A DNA stretch of 64,000 nt from NCBI GenBank assembly GCA_017963105.1, contig JAGCTY010000031.1, positions 794 to 64,793 of the forward strand, written 5' to 3'. This DNA comes from Lentisphaeria bacterium (GTDB lineage Bacteria; Verrucomicrobiota; Lentisphaeria; Victivallales; UBA1829). The notes under the pieces were generated by a model that worked only from the letters and a program-made list of their open reading frames with translations, was not told where the DNA came from and ran no database searches. Numbering within the stretch: the first letter of the stretch is position 1; every line of letters begins with the position of its first letter. Positions 39,494 through 48,158 of this stretch are shown here, piece after piece. The translations under genes were made by a program, and so were the position numbers.

Positions 39494-42400
39494 ATGAAAT
39501 ACAAATCGGTCAGCACCATCGCCGCGATCCTCTGTCCACTGGCGACACAATACAGGCGAACGGAAAAACGTTATAATAAGAGACAACAACACACAGGGGG
39601 TCCCGATATGAAAATGAAATCGATCCGCAGTGCTTTCTTCGCCGTAGTCGCGATCTTTCTGACCGTCGCAGCGTTCACCGGATGCGGCAAAAGCGAGGAA
39701 GGCGCGCCGGCCTCGAACGCCTCGGAAACGAAGACCGAAGCATCCGCCAGCACGACCCTCGAACAGCAAAAGAGCGCTCCGGGCGAAGCGGAACTCAGGA
39801 AAGGGCTTGCCGCCTGTGACAAGAATGACTACGAAGCGGCCGTGAAGTCCTTCCGCGCCGCCGCGGAACAGGGCAACTCGGACGCCATGCTGCTGTACTA
39901 TGATTGTCTGGTGAGCAGCAAGATCGCGAAAGACAGGGCTGACTCCATAGAATGGCTGGAAAAAGCCGCGGAGGCCGGAAACCTGACGGCGCAGGCGCTC
40001 TACGGCAGTAAATTTGTGGGCGGGGGGCAGGAAGCGAAGGGGATCGAATACATGAAGCGGTCCGCGGACAGCGGAAACATCCTGGGCATGCACCTGCTCG
40101 GGATGACCGCCTTTGAAAAAAAGCCCGGAGAAGCGGGCGAGGATGCCTTGAAGTCTCTGAAAACGCTTGCCGGCCTGCCGTTCTCGGAACAGAAAACAGT
40201 TTTGGATTATCTGCACCGGATCAGCAGCGACTTCAATCTGACGGGAAAACTCAACACCAATACGAACAAGCTCATCGTCATGGATCAATACATGCTCGGC
40301 GTGTATTACCTCGAAGGCAGAGCGCCCGGCGGGCGGCGGGATCTCGACGAGGCGGCGAAGTGGCTGAAGATGGCAAAGGACAACGGGCTTCCCGATGTCG
40401 ATCCGCTCCTGCGGAGGGTTGAGGTGATGAAGCAGAGCCCCGACGCAAGCCGGACCAATGAGGAACTCCAGAAGGCCAGAGCCGAAGCCTTCCTGGCCGA
40501 TACGCAAAACCAGATCGACGCTTCGGAATTCGACCTTCGGTTCACCATCACGGACGCCGACGGCAAGCCGCTGGACGGCGTCAAAGTGGAAATGAGACTG
40601 GAGCGTCCGGTTGTCAAATTGCTCCTGAGCGGCGGATCGGAATCCAAAAAACCGGAAGAGAAGACGGTCGATTCCAAGTTCAGCATTCACGAAAAAGGCT
40701 GGACGAGCCTCGAACTTACGTTCATGAAAGACGGCTATTATATCGAAGACCGCTACTATTATATCAACTTCATGCCGAACAGTCCCGACGAGCTCGGCCC
40801 GGACGGCAAACCGAAGCTCGTGATGAAGGAAGACGTCCAGGTCGTCATGTACAAGGGCGTCCCCCCCGGCGACCTGACCGGGACCAGCGGATACCTGATC
40901 TATGATTTAGAAAAAGCGACAAAGACGGTCTGCGATCTTTCCGCGTTCGACAAAAAGCTGGAACGACCGAAAAAGAGGACTGTTTCGGAGAAAGACGAGG
41001 AGGACGAGGAATATGATGACGAGGACGAGGAAGACGAAGAGGAATATGTGGAGGAAATCAGGATCGGAATGAAGAAGGTCGACCTGAAGGCGAAACCGGA
41101 ATTGACAAAGTATATCGAAGTGGATTTCAGGCGGGACGAAAACGGCGAAGTCCTGTTCGACGGGACGCTGGGGGACGCCCCGTGCCCCTCATCGTTCATC
41201 ATCCGTCTCCACTCCGACGATCCCGACGACGGTTTTATCGTCGTGGACGAATTGGGACCGGGGTTCGTCAGACGGGAAGAATACGAAAAACGTTGTCCGA
41301 CCGCCCCGGAAACCGGATACAAAAAAGAACTCGTGTTCGATTTCGGGAAAAAAAGCGCCGATGGGAAATACACGTATAATGATATTCACACATTCGCTTT
41401 CGTGAAATGCGGACAGCGCTACGGAAAAGTCTTTATCGATCCCGTTTATGTCGACATCGGAAGGAACCGGCCGCTCCGTCTGTTCCACAGGAAAATCCAG
41501 TTGACGATCAACAGAACCGAAGGCGACAGGAACGTGTCGGGCGGCAGTTTCTATGTCGAACGCGAGCGACCGGCGCAAACCAGGAACGACTTGAAGAAAA
41601 CGGATGCGAAGAACGAAGCCAAAGACGCTTCCGATGACAAGGCCGAACTGGCGAAAGAACAAATCCTGCTGATTCATGATGCACTTGAGCAGTACAAACT
41701 GGACGTCGGGACTTATCCCTCCAGTCTGCAGGGCCTCGAAAAGAACGTCGACAAGTCCGAACGCTGGGACGGCCCCTACATCGTGCCGAAGGTCCCGCGG
41801 GTGGATCTCTGGGGCAACAAATACCAGTACCGTTTCGACGCGGAAAAAGGAACGTATCGCCTGTACCTGATCTCGTTCGACCTTTCCGAAACGAGAATCG
41901 AGGATCCCCCGGAATCGGCGCAGGAACAACAGACCGAACCGGACGATCCGAAACAACCGGACATCTTCGCGGGATTGCCCCTCTGGAACACGGCGCGTGA
42001 CGGAAAGCCCGAAGTCATGCTCCCCAGACTCGTCAAGGATGCGGCGAAACGTGCGAATGTCAATCTCCAGTCGCTCGGCGATGTCAGGATCGATCCGATC
42101 GATGCCGGGCATTCCTACGCCGAGCTCGATCTCGATGTCGTCGACGAATACGGCAAAATCGTCCGCTTCCTCGAGGAAATCGAGAAGAAAACGCCGAAGC
42201 TTGCCTGGCGCCGCCTCGAACTCCGAGTCAATTCCGCCCGCGAACGCATCGCGTCCGAACTGCAGGACGGCGCGTCCGCTGCGGCCTCCGCCAAAGCGAT
42301 CCGCATGAGCGGGCAGGTCCGCGTCATCGCGTACGATCCGGCAGCCGGTCCCTCCGCATCGCCGAAGAGATTTTGGACGGATGACATGCCGGTTTCCCCC

Positions 42401-42982
42401 GGCGAAACGGACATTCTCACCCTGCTTTACGATTTGTCTGTCTCGCTCCCCGATGACGCTCTCGTGACCGTTTTCCGGCTTGACAACTGGAAATGCGAGT
42501 TCGTGATCCAGACGCTGGCGCTTTATACCGACCTCCCTCGGTACCTGCGCTTCCCCGCCTGGAATATCGGCAGGCTGCAGAAGAGGATCCTTTCCGATGA
42601 CGTTTGTACTTTCTCCGTGGCCCTTCAGAAAAAAGACAATCCGGAGCCGCGAAAGGACAGTGTGACCCCGGATAAAAAGATCGCGACCATCGTGGCTCTG
42701 AACCTCTTCGACCCGGAAGCCGTTCCGCGTAAGGCGGCCGCCTCCGGCATGCCCGCCTCGAACGGTACGCGCGCGAACAACGCGAAAGACCCTGAAACGG
42801 AACTGAAAGAGCAGCTGAAGAAGGCGATCAACAACCAGAATGAACTGAAAGAACTGCTCAAAACGCTCTCGAATACGCCCGGCGCCACGAAAGAGCAGAC
42901 CGATATGGTCGAGCAGCGCCTGAAACGCAACGAACAGGAGATCAGGCGCCTTCGGGAACAGCAGAACAGGCTTCGTCCCTGA
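39494..42982 (+). CDS. Cassette 2: mosaic lipoprotein (Sel1 repeats, modules A and C, GspG-like and GspM/GspL-like segments); probable start 39608
   Basis: Lipobox FTGC after the in-frame ATG at 39608; Sel1 motifs AAEQGNSDA and AAEAGN; region paralogous to 44943-45995; ALEQYKLDVGTYPS..WDGPY..D.WGN.YQY. Confidence 0.8.
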   Translation: MKYKSVSTIAAILCPLATQYRRTEKRYNKRQQHTGGPDMKMKSIRSAFFAVVAIFLTVAAFTGCGKSEEGAPASNASETKTEASASTTLEQQKSAPGEAELRKGLAACDKNDYEAAVKSFRAAAEQGNSDAMLLYYDCLVSSKIAKDRADSIEWLEKAAEAGNLTAQALYGSKFVGGGQEAKGIEYMKRSADSGNILGMHLLGMTAFEKKPGEAGEDALKSLKTLAGLPFSEQKTVLDYLHRISSDFNLTGKLNTNTNKLIVMDQYMLGVYYLEGRAPGGRRDLDEAAKWLKMAKDNGLPDVDPLLRRVEVMKQSPDASRTNEELQKARAEAFLADTQNQIDASEFDLRFTITDADGKPLDGVKVEMRLERPVVKLLLSGGSESKKPEEKTVDSKFSIHEKGWTSLELTFMKDGYYIEDRYYYINFMPNSPDELGPDGKPKLVMKEDVQVVMYKGVPPGDLTGTSGYLIYDLEKATKTVCDLSAFDKKLERPKKRTVSEKDEEDEEYDDEDEEDEEEYVEEIRIGMKKVDLKAKPELTKYIEVDFRRDENGEVLFDGTLGDAPCPSSFIIRLHSDDPDDGFIVVDELGPGFVRREEYEKRCPTAPETGYKKELVFDFGKKSADGKYTYNDIHTFAFVKCGQRYGKVFIDPVYVDIGRNRPLRLFHRKIQLTINRTEGDRNVSGGSFYVERERPAQTRNDLKKTDAKNEAKDASDDKAELAKEQILLIHDALEQYKLDVGTYPSSLQGLEKNVDKSERWDGPYIVPKVPRVDLWGNKYQYRFDAEKGTYRLYLISFDLSETRIEDPPESAQEQQTEPDDPKQPDIFAGLPLWNTARDGKPEVMLPRLVKDAAKRANVNLQSLGDVRIDPIDAGHSYAELDLDVVDEYGKIVRFLEEIEKKTPKLAWRRLELRVNSARERIASELQDGASAAASAKAIRMSGQVRVIAYDPAAGPSASPKRFWTDDMPVSPGETDILTLLYDLSVSLPDDALVTVFRLDNWKCEFVIQTLALYTDLPRYLRFPAWNIGRLQKRILSDDVCTFSVALQKKDNPEPRKDSVTPDKKIATIVALNLFDPEAVPRKAAASGMPASNGTRANNAKDPETELKEQLKKAINNQNELKELLKTLSNTPGATKEQTDMVEQRLKRNEQEIRRLREQQNRLRP

Positions 42983-42993
42983 TAACGCTTACC

Positions 42994-43032
42994 CCTCACC
43001 ATCCCCAGCCGACTAACCCCGACACCCCGGAG
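42994..43032 (+). repeat. Array repeat copy 2
   Basis: CCTCACCATCCCCAGCCGACTAACCCCGACACCCCGGAG. Confidence 0.95.
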
Positions 43033-43040
43033 ACCTTAAC

Positions 43041-44918
43041 ATGAAATACAAAACGGTCAGTACCATCGCCGCGATCCTCTGCGGTATCTTTGCATTGTTT
43101 ACCGCGACTCCGGCGACATCCGCGGAGATCATCGAGCATCCATACTGGATGACGGCGGAAAATACGAAAGGCATCCCGGAAGTGATCCTGCAGGGGTATC
43201 TGTATCGGAAAAACAAAACAAGAAAGGCGCTCGAAAAACAGAACGGCCCCAGGAGCGAAGAAGAGGAACGGAGGATCAACGACGTGTGGAGCGGGAATCT
43301 GCTGGAGTTGTCGCAGTATCTGGCCGAACACCCGGAGGAACAGCGGAAACTGGCGGAACATTACAAGAAGATCAGGATCGACGAGATCGACTGGGGGAAT
43401 CCGCCCGATCCGCCGTGGGTGAACGAGATCATTCGAAAAGAAATGGATCCGGCAAACCTGAAAGTGAACATCGAGCTCTATTACGACAGCCCGGAATGGA
43501 CGAAAGGGGCAGCCGAAAGAAATGCGCTGGGAGTTTTCGGCAGAACTTTTTTCCCGGATCAGCCTGCTCCCGTCGAAGGTCCTGACTTTGGAATCGGCTT
43601 TGGCGGGGGTAACGGGAATCATCCGGCCGACCGTTTCGAGCTCCTGAAACTCATTGCGCAGGAAAAAGAGAATCCGCATCAGTTCGATGGTTTCTTCAAC
43701 GCGAGAGACTGGGTGCGGTATTGGGAACAGCCGTACGGCGTCACCCGGAATACCTGCGTGATCGACCGGGAGTTCGAACGGAACGTCATGCTCGTTCTGT
43801 CCAGGACGGCCCCCATCGCGGAGCCTCAGAAACAATGGAACGCGCCTGTGCTGTCCAGATCCCTCCGGGATGACGATCATTATCAGTATTATCAATACAC
43901 CTGGCTGAACCGCTGCAAACTCGGCGTACTGTCCATGCTCATCACCGTAATCGAGGATCATGCGACCGGACTGATCTATAAAAATGATCTGCCGCGCGAT
44001 GATATGAGGGCCGCGCTCGACCTCTTCGCCTCGAAACTGCAATCGGGGAACGACGATATGGAAGCGGTCGCCCGTCTTCTCCGCATGATGCACGGGATGG
44101 CGCTGTGCGATATGCCCGGCGGAGCGGAATACGAAGCGATCGGGATGTGCCGCCGTGCATTGACGAAATGGGCAGGGATGAAGAACTGGTACTGGGAAAA
44201 ATCGGAAGAACTCCTGCAGCATGACAAGAACAACAAGGATGCAGTGCTGATTCCGCATCCCGTCAAAAAGCAGGATTTCTGGCCGAAACGCGATTCCGTG
44301 CAGCCGGACGAACCCGAAGTCATCCTCACGCTGGAAGGGACGCTTAACGCTTCGGGCAAGTTCGTTTTTACAGGCGACACGATCCGGTACGACGCACCCG
44401 GCGAACACCAGGCCCCGTCCGACGTCACGATCGACGGCAAGCCGTGGAAGGACCTGAACCAGCCGTTCAAGCTCGCTTTCACCCCGGATTTCGAGAATGT
44501 CATCATCGCGGACAGAGCGGGCGGGAACGGCGTTATGCTGAACAGAGGTTCGGAGCGGGCAGAGCTCACTCTCTTCATCGTCGATGCACATGCACCCGCG
44601 CCGCACTTTGTGGTCCGGCTGGTCGTCAAAAACGTCAGCAGTTCGCGCACAGAGCCTGCTCGCCTGAACCCGTCGGAGCTCCCGTCCGGCCCGATCCCGT
44701 TCCAACAGCAGTTGCAGATGGCGCTCGAACGGCGCGCCGTGCTGGAAAAAACGATCAGGAATCTTGAATTGGTCCCGGATTTCCCGGAGGAGTCGATCGA
44801 CGAGGTGCGCAGGCAACTCCGGGATCTCGACCGTATGATCGAGCTACTGAAAGAGGTCGTCGAAAAAGCAGCCGCCCGTGATGCAAACGAACCACCCTCG
44901 CCACCCCCAGCCGACTAA
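43041..44918 (+). CDS. Cassette 3: secreted hypothetical protein
   Basis: MKYKTVSTIAAILC signal; the ORF ends at the TAA inside repeat copy 3 (PSPPPAD*). Confidence 0.8.
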   Translation: MKYKTVSTIAAILCGIFALFTATPATSAEIIEHPYWMTAENTKGIPEVILQGYLYRKNKTRKALEKQNGPRSEEEERRINDVWSGNLLELSQYLAEHPEEQRKLAEHYKKIRIDEIDWGNPPDPPWVNEIIRKEMDPANLKVNIELYYDSPEWTKGAAERNALGVFGRTFFPDQPAPVEGPDFGIGFGGGNGNHPADRFELLKLIAQEKENPHQFDGFFNARDWVRYWEQPYGVTRNTCVIDREFERNVMLVLSRTAPIAEPQKQWNAPVLSRSLRDDDHYQYYQYTWLNRCKLGVLSMLITVIEDHATGLIYKNDLPRDDMRAALDLFASKLQSGNDDMEAVARLLRMMHGMALCDMPGGAEYEAIGMCRRALTKWAGMKNWYWEKSEELLQHDKNNKDAVLIPHPVKKQDFWPKRDSVQPDEPEVILTLEGTLNASGKFVFTGDTIRYDAPGEHQAPSDVTIDGKPWKDLNQPFKLAFTPDFENVIIADRAGGNGVMLNRGSERAELTLFIVDAHAPAPHFVVRLVVKNVSSSRTEPARLNPSELPSGPIPFQQQLQMALERRAVLEKTIRNLELVPDFPEESIDEVRRQLRDLDRMIELLKEVVEKAAARDANEPPSPPPAD

Positions 44919-44934
44919 CCCCGACACCACGGAG
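44896..44934 (+). repeat. Array repeat copy 3
   Basis: CCTCGCCACCCCCAGCCGACTAACCCCGACACCACGGAG. Confidence 0.95.
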
Positions 44935-44942
44935 GAAATACC

Positions 44943-45995
44943 ATGAAATACAAAACGGTCAGCACCATCGCCGCGATCCTCTGCCTCGGCCTGACGGCAG
45001 GGCTTCTGGGCAGTTCCTGCAAGACCGGAACGGCTCTGCTGATGAATGCGGATGACAATCTCAGGATCTCGTCTTCGGGATTCGACCTCCGCGGGACCGT
45101 GACGGACGAAGACGGCAATCCGCTCGACGGCGTGAAGATGGAAATGGCATTCTCGCGCGTCAACACCGCGTCGTTCCGGTCGGAGAACCTGCATGAAACG
45201 GAAACGGTCGATTCGGCGTTTCATGTTCAGAGAAAGGGCTGGACGGAGCTCCAGCTAACGTTCTGGAAAGACGGTTATTTCCCGGAACGACTCGCTTTTG
45301 ACTCGCCGTGGTTGGAAAAAGGCAAAAAACGTTATGTCGAGGAGGACGGAGTCCAGGTCAGAATGGTCAAAATGGGACCGATCGCGAAATTATACCGGAC
45401 CAGGACCAGCGACTCGATTCGTCTCAAATACGATTTCAAACAGGAATCCGGGGCAATCTGCGACCTCTCCATGCTTCAAGCTTCGGAAGAACTGGACAGA
45501 AGGCAATACGAGAACATCGAGGCGACGGCTTTTAAACTGGAATCGGGACCGGAAGCGACGAAGTATCTGGAACTGGATTTTAGGCGGAATGAAAACGGCG
45601 AAATCGTTTTTGTCTCTCTTCCAGGCGTGCTCGCGCCGTGTCCCGCCGAATTGATCGTCCGGCTTCACTCGGACGACCCGGGCGACGGGATGATCTTGCT
45701 CAACGAACTGGACCCCGACATCACGGAGGACAAGGTCTACAAGAAATACAACACCGCGCCGGAAACCGGATACGACAGGAAAGAAATCGCCTTTGCGCTG
45801 ACCGATCAATGGCATGAACTTGACAAGTCAACTAATTTCGTCTATTTGAAATGCGGAAACCACTATGGAAAAGCCAGGATTCGTAACCTTAATATTGAAA
45901 TACACAGGACATTTGAGAGCGCCAAGGCATTTATTGCGCTTCATATCAACCGGGTCCCCGGCGACAGAAATCTGACATCACAATTCGGCTTTTGA
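44943..45995 (+). CDS. Cassette 4: lipoprotein (modules A and C)
   Basis: MKYKTVSTIAAILC...GSSC; LHSDDP.DG, TAPETGY, KCG..YGK and INR..GDRN are shared with cassette 2. Confidence 0.8.
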   Translation: MKYKTVSTIAAILCLGLTAGLLGSSCKTGTALLMNADDNLRISSSGFDLRGTVTDEDGNPLDGVKMEMAFSRVNTASFRSENLHETETVDSAFHVQRKGWTELQLTFWKDGYFPERLAFDSPWLEKGKKRYVEEDGVQVRMVKMGPIAKLYRTRTSDSIRLKYDFKQESGAICDLSMLQASEELDRRQYENIEATAFKLESGPEATKYLELDFRRNENGEIVFVSLPGVLAPCPAELIVRLHSDDPGDGMILLNELDPDITEDKVYKKYNTAPETGYDRKEIAFALTDQWHELDKSTNFVYLKCGNHYGKARIRNLNIEIHRTFESAKAFIALHINRVPGDRNLTSQFGF

Positions 45996-46010
45996 CACCC
46001 CACACCATCG

Positions 46011-46049
46011 CCTCACCATCCCCAGCCGACTAACCCCGACACCACGGAG
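46011..46049 (+). repeat. Array repeat copy 4
   Basis: Consensus copy, followed by a short leader ORF at 46058-46162 (MKYKTVSTIAAILCPLATQYRRTKKRYNKKQQHT*). Confidence 0.95.
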
Positions 46050-46171
46050 GAAATACCATGAAATACAAAACGGTCAGCACCATCGCCGCGATCCTCTGTC
46101 CACTGGCAACACAATATCGGCGAACGAAAAAACGTTATAATAAGAAACAACAACACACTTGAGGTCCCGAT

Positions 46172-48079
46172 ATGAAAACGAAATCGTTCCGCAGCACGAT
46201 CTTTGCCGTCGTCGCACTCTTCCTGACCGTCGCAGCGTTCACCGGATGCGGCAAACGCGGGGGAAATGCGGATCATTCTTTACGGGAAGACAATGCCGCA
46301 TTTGAGGCAAAGGATGGAGAAAACACGGAAGAGCTTTCGGAAAAAGGCAATGCCGCTTTTGAGGCGAAGGATTTGGAGATCGCGACCATTCAGCTGGAAC
46401 AGTATTCCGGCAGCGTCCGCTCCTCACAACCGGACGTAAGAACGCAGTCCGTTTCCATTGCGAACCGGTCCGACAAAACGATTGACTTATACGGCTATTC
46501 CGTCACGAACAACGGAAAAGAAATCCTGCGGATCAACGAGCATGTCGAATTGGAAAAAGATGCAAAGAAGGTGTTTCCGCTCCCTTTAGTCGATACAGGA
46601 AAAGAGAACAGGAAGCAGGGATTCGCAATCGAGCCATGGTTCCTTTACTCCATAGTCTTCAAGGACGAGAATGAAGCCCGGAAGGAACGGGAAGAGCTTG
46701 CGACGATGATGGAACGGTATCTGCCGTATCTCACGGAACTGAGTAAAACGATATTCGAAGTAGACTATAGTACGGGGAAATATTCGTTCTACTTTTCGGA
46801 AATCGCCTTGAAGTCTCCCCGGAATGAAACCGTGGACCAGATACTTCTGACGAAGGTGGATGTTCAGAAGAATCCGTATTCCCTTGTGGCATTCTTAGAA
46901 CCCATACAAGCCACAGGCGTTTTTCGGAAAGGAAATCGTGCGATCGTCTGCAGCGTGCCCGAAATGGCGCCTTTCCCGGTCGACATTATCTTTTACAGCG
47001 GGCAGTCACTGGCGATACTTACAAGCGGGAATCAATACTTCAGCGAAAACACCGGATTGTTTGTGCCGGATCTGAAGATGACATTATCCCTGTATCGTGA
47101 TCAGGACCTCAAGGAAGAAATGGTCCGTCTGGAAGGAGAGAAATTCTTTTTCAACAAAATGAGCGAAGCGCAAACGGATGAACTCGATAAGTTCCTGGAC
47201 GGGGCAAGAATGAAGGAAGTGTATTATAAACTTTCCGTCACGCATCCGGTTTTCCCCGAATTGTCGCTTCCGGAGCCATTGACCGGAAAAGTTAATATCC
47301 AGCTGCGGCTAGCGCGCAGCCCCGGCAGCGGCATCGCCTACGAGTACAACGCCCTCAACAACATCACGGGGCAGGTAAGAAATACGAATTGGAACACGGA
47401 ATCCGCGACTGGCAATGGCGGCGGAGCCGTCAACAGAACCGGAGGCAGATCCGCCGCGCAGGACGAGTATCCGGGTTCCCGGCTTGTGAACGGCATTCTT
47501 TACTCGGAGGACGGTTCCACCCTCATTTCCTGCGTTTCCGCGCCGAACGGCCCGTGCATCGTCCAGCCGGGCGTGAAGACCATCGCAGATCGCGCGTTTT
47601 CCGGCTGCGCCGGATTGACGGAAGTCCGCCTGCCGGAAGGCATCACGAAGATCGGCCGCTCCGCATTCTGGAAATGCTCCGGGTTGAAACGCATCAATCT
47701 GCCGGACTCGCTGGAAGAGATCGGGACCAATGTGTTTGAGGAGTGTACCGGACTGACGGAGATCGCGATCCCGCCGGGCATCCGTGTCATCAAGTCGAGC
47801 ACATTTATCGTGTGTGCCGGGCTGAAGCGCGTCGATCTGCCGGATTCGCTGACGGAAATCGAGTTTGCCGCGTTTACGGCGTGTACCGGGCTGACGGAGA
47901 TCACGATCCCGCCGAACGTCACATCCATCGGGGAAAGCGCGTTTGCGGGGTGTACCGGACTGAAGCACGTGACGCTCCCGGACAGCCTGAAATCCATTTC
48001 TCCGGGCGCTTTTTCCGGTTGCGAGTCCCTTGACCAGGAAACACGGGAGCGTCTGAACAAACTGACACGCAGGCCATAG
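46172..48079 (+). CDS. Cassette 5: lipoprotein with C-terminal BspA-type leucine-rich repeats (LRR_5)
   Basis: Lipobox FTGC; repeated C.GL..I.LP.SL..IG..AF units. Confidence 0.85.
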   Translation: MKTKSFRSTIFAVVALFLTVAAFTGCGKRGGNADHSLREDNAAFEAKDGENTEELSEKGNAAFEAKDLEIATIQLEQYSGSVRSSQPDVRTQSVSIANRSDKTIDLYGYSVTNNGKEILRINEHVELEKDAKKVFPLPLVDTGKENRKQGFAIEPWFLYSIVFKDENEARKEREELATMMERYLPYLTELSKTIFEVDYSTGKYSFYFSEIALKSPRNETVDQILLTKVDVQKNPYSLVAFLEPIQATGVFRKGNRAIVCSVPEMAPFPVDIIFYSGQSLAILTSGNQYFSENTGLFVPDLKMTLSLYRDQDLKEEMVRLEGEKFFFNKMSEAQTDELDKFLDGARMKEVYYKLSVTHPVFPELSLPEPLTGKVNIQLRLARSPGSGIAYEYNALNNITGQVRNTNWNTESATGNGGGAVNRTGGRSAAQDEYPGSRLVNGILYSEDGSTLISCVSAPNGPCIVQPGVKTIADRAFSGCAGLTEVRLPEGITKIGRSAFWKCSGLKRINLPDSLEEIGTNVFEECTGLTEIAIPPGIRVIKSSTFIVCAGLKRVDLPDSLTEIEFAAFTACTGLTEITIPPNVTSIGESAFAGCTGLKHVTLPDSLKSISPGAFSGCESLDQETRERLNKLTRRP

Positions 48080-48111
48080 CCTTTCGCGAGTTCAAGGGAA
48101 AAGCGGACCCT

Positions 48112-48150
48112 CCTCACCATCCCCAGCCGACTAACCCCGACACCACGGAG
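48112..48150 (+). repeat. Array repeat copy 5
   Basis: Consensus copy. Confidence 0.95.
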
Positions 48151-48158
48151 AATATAAC

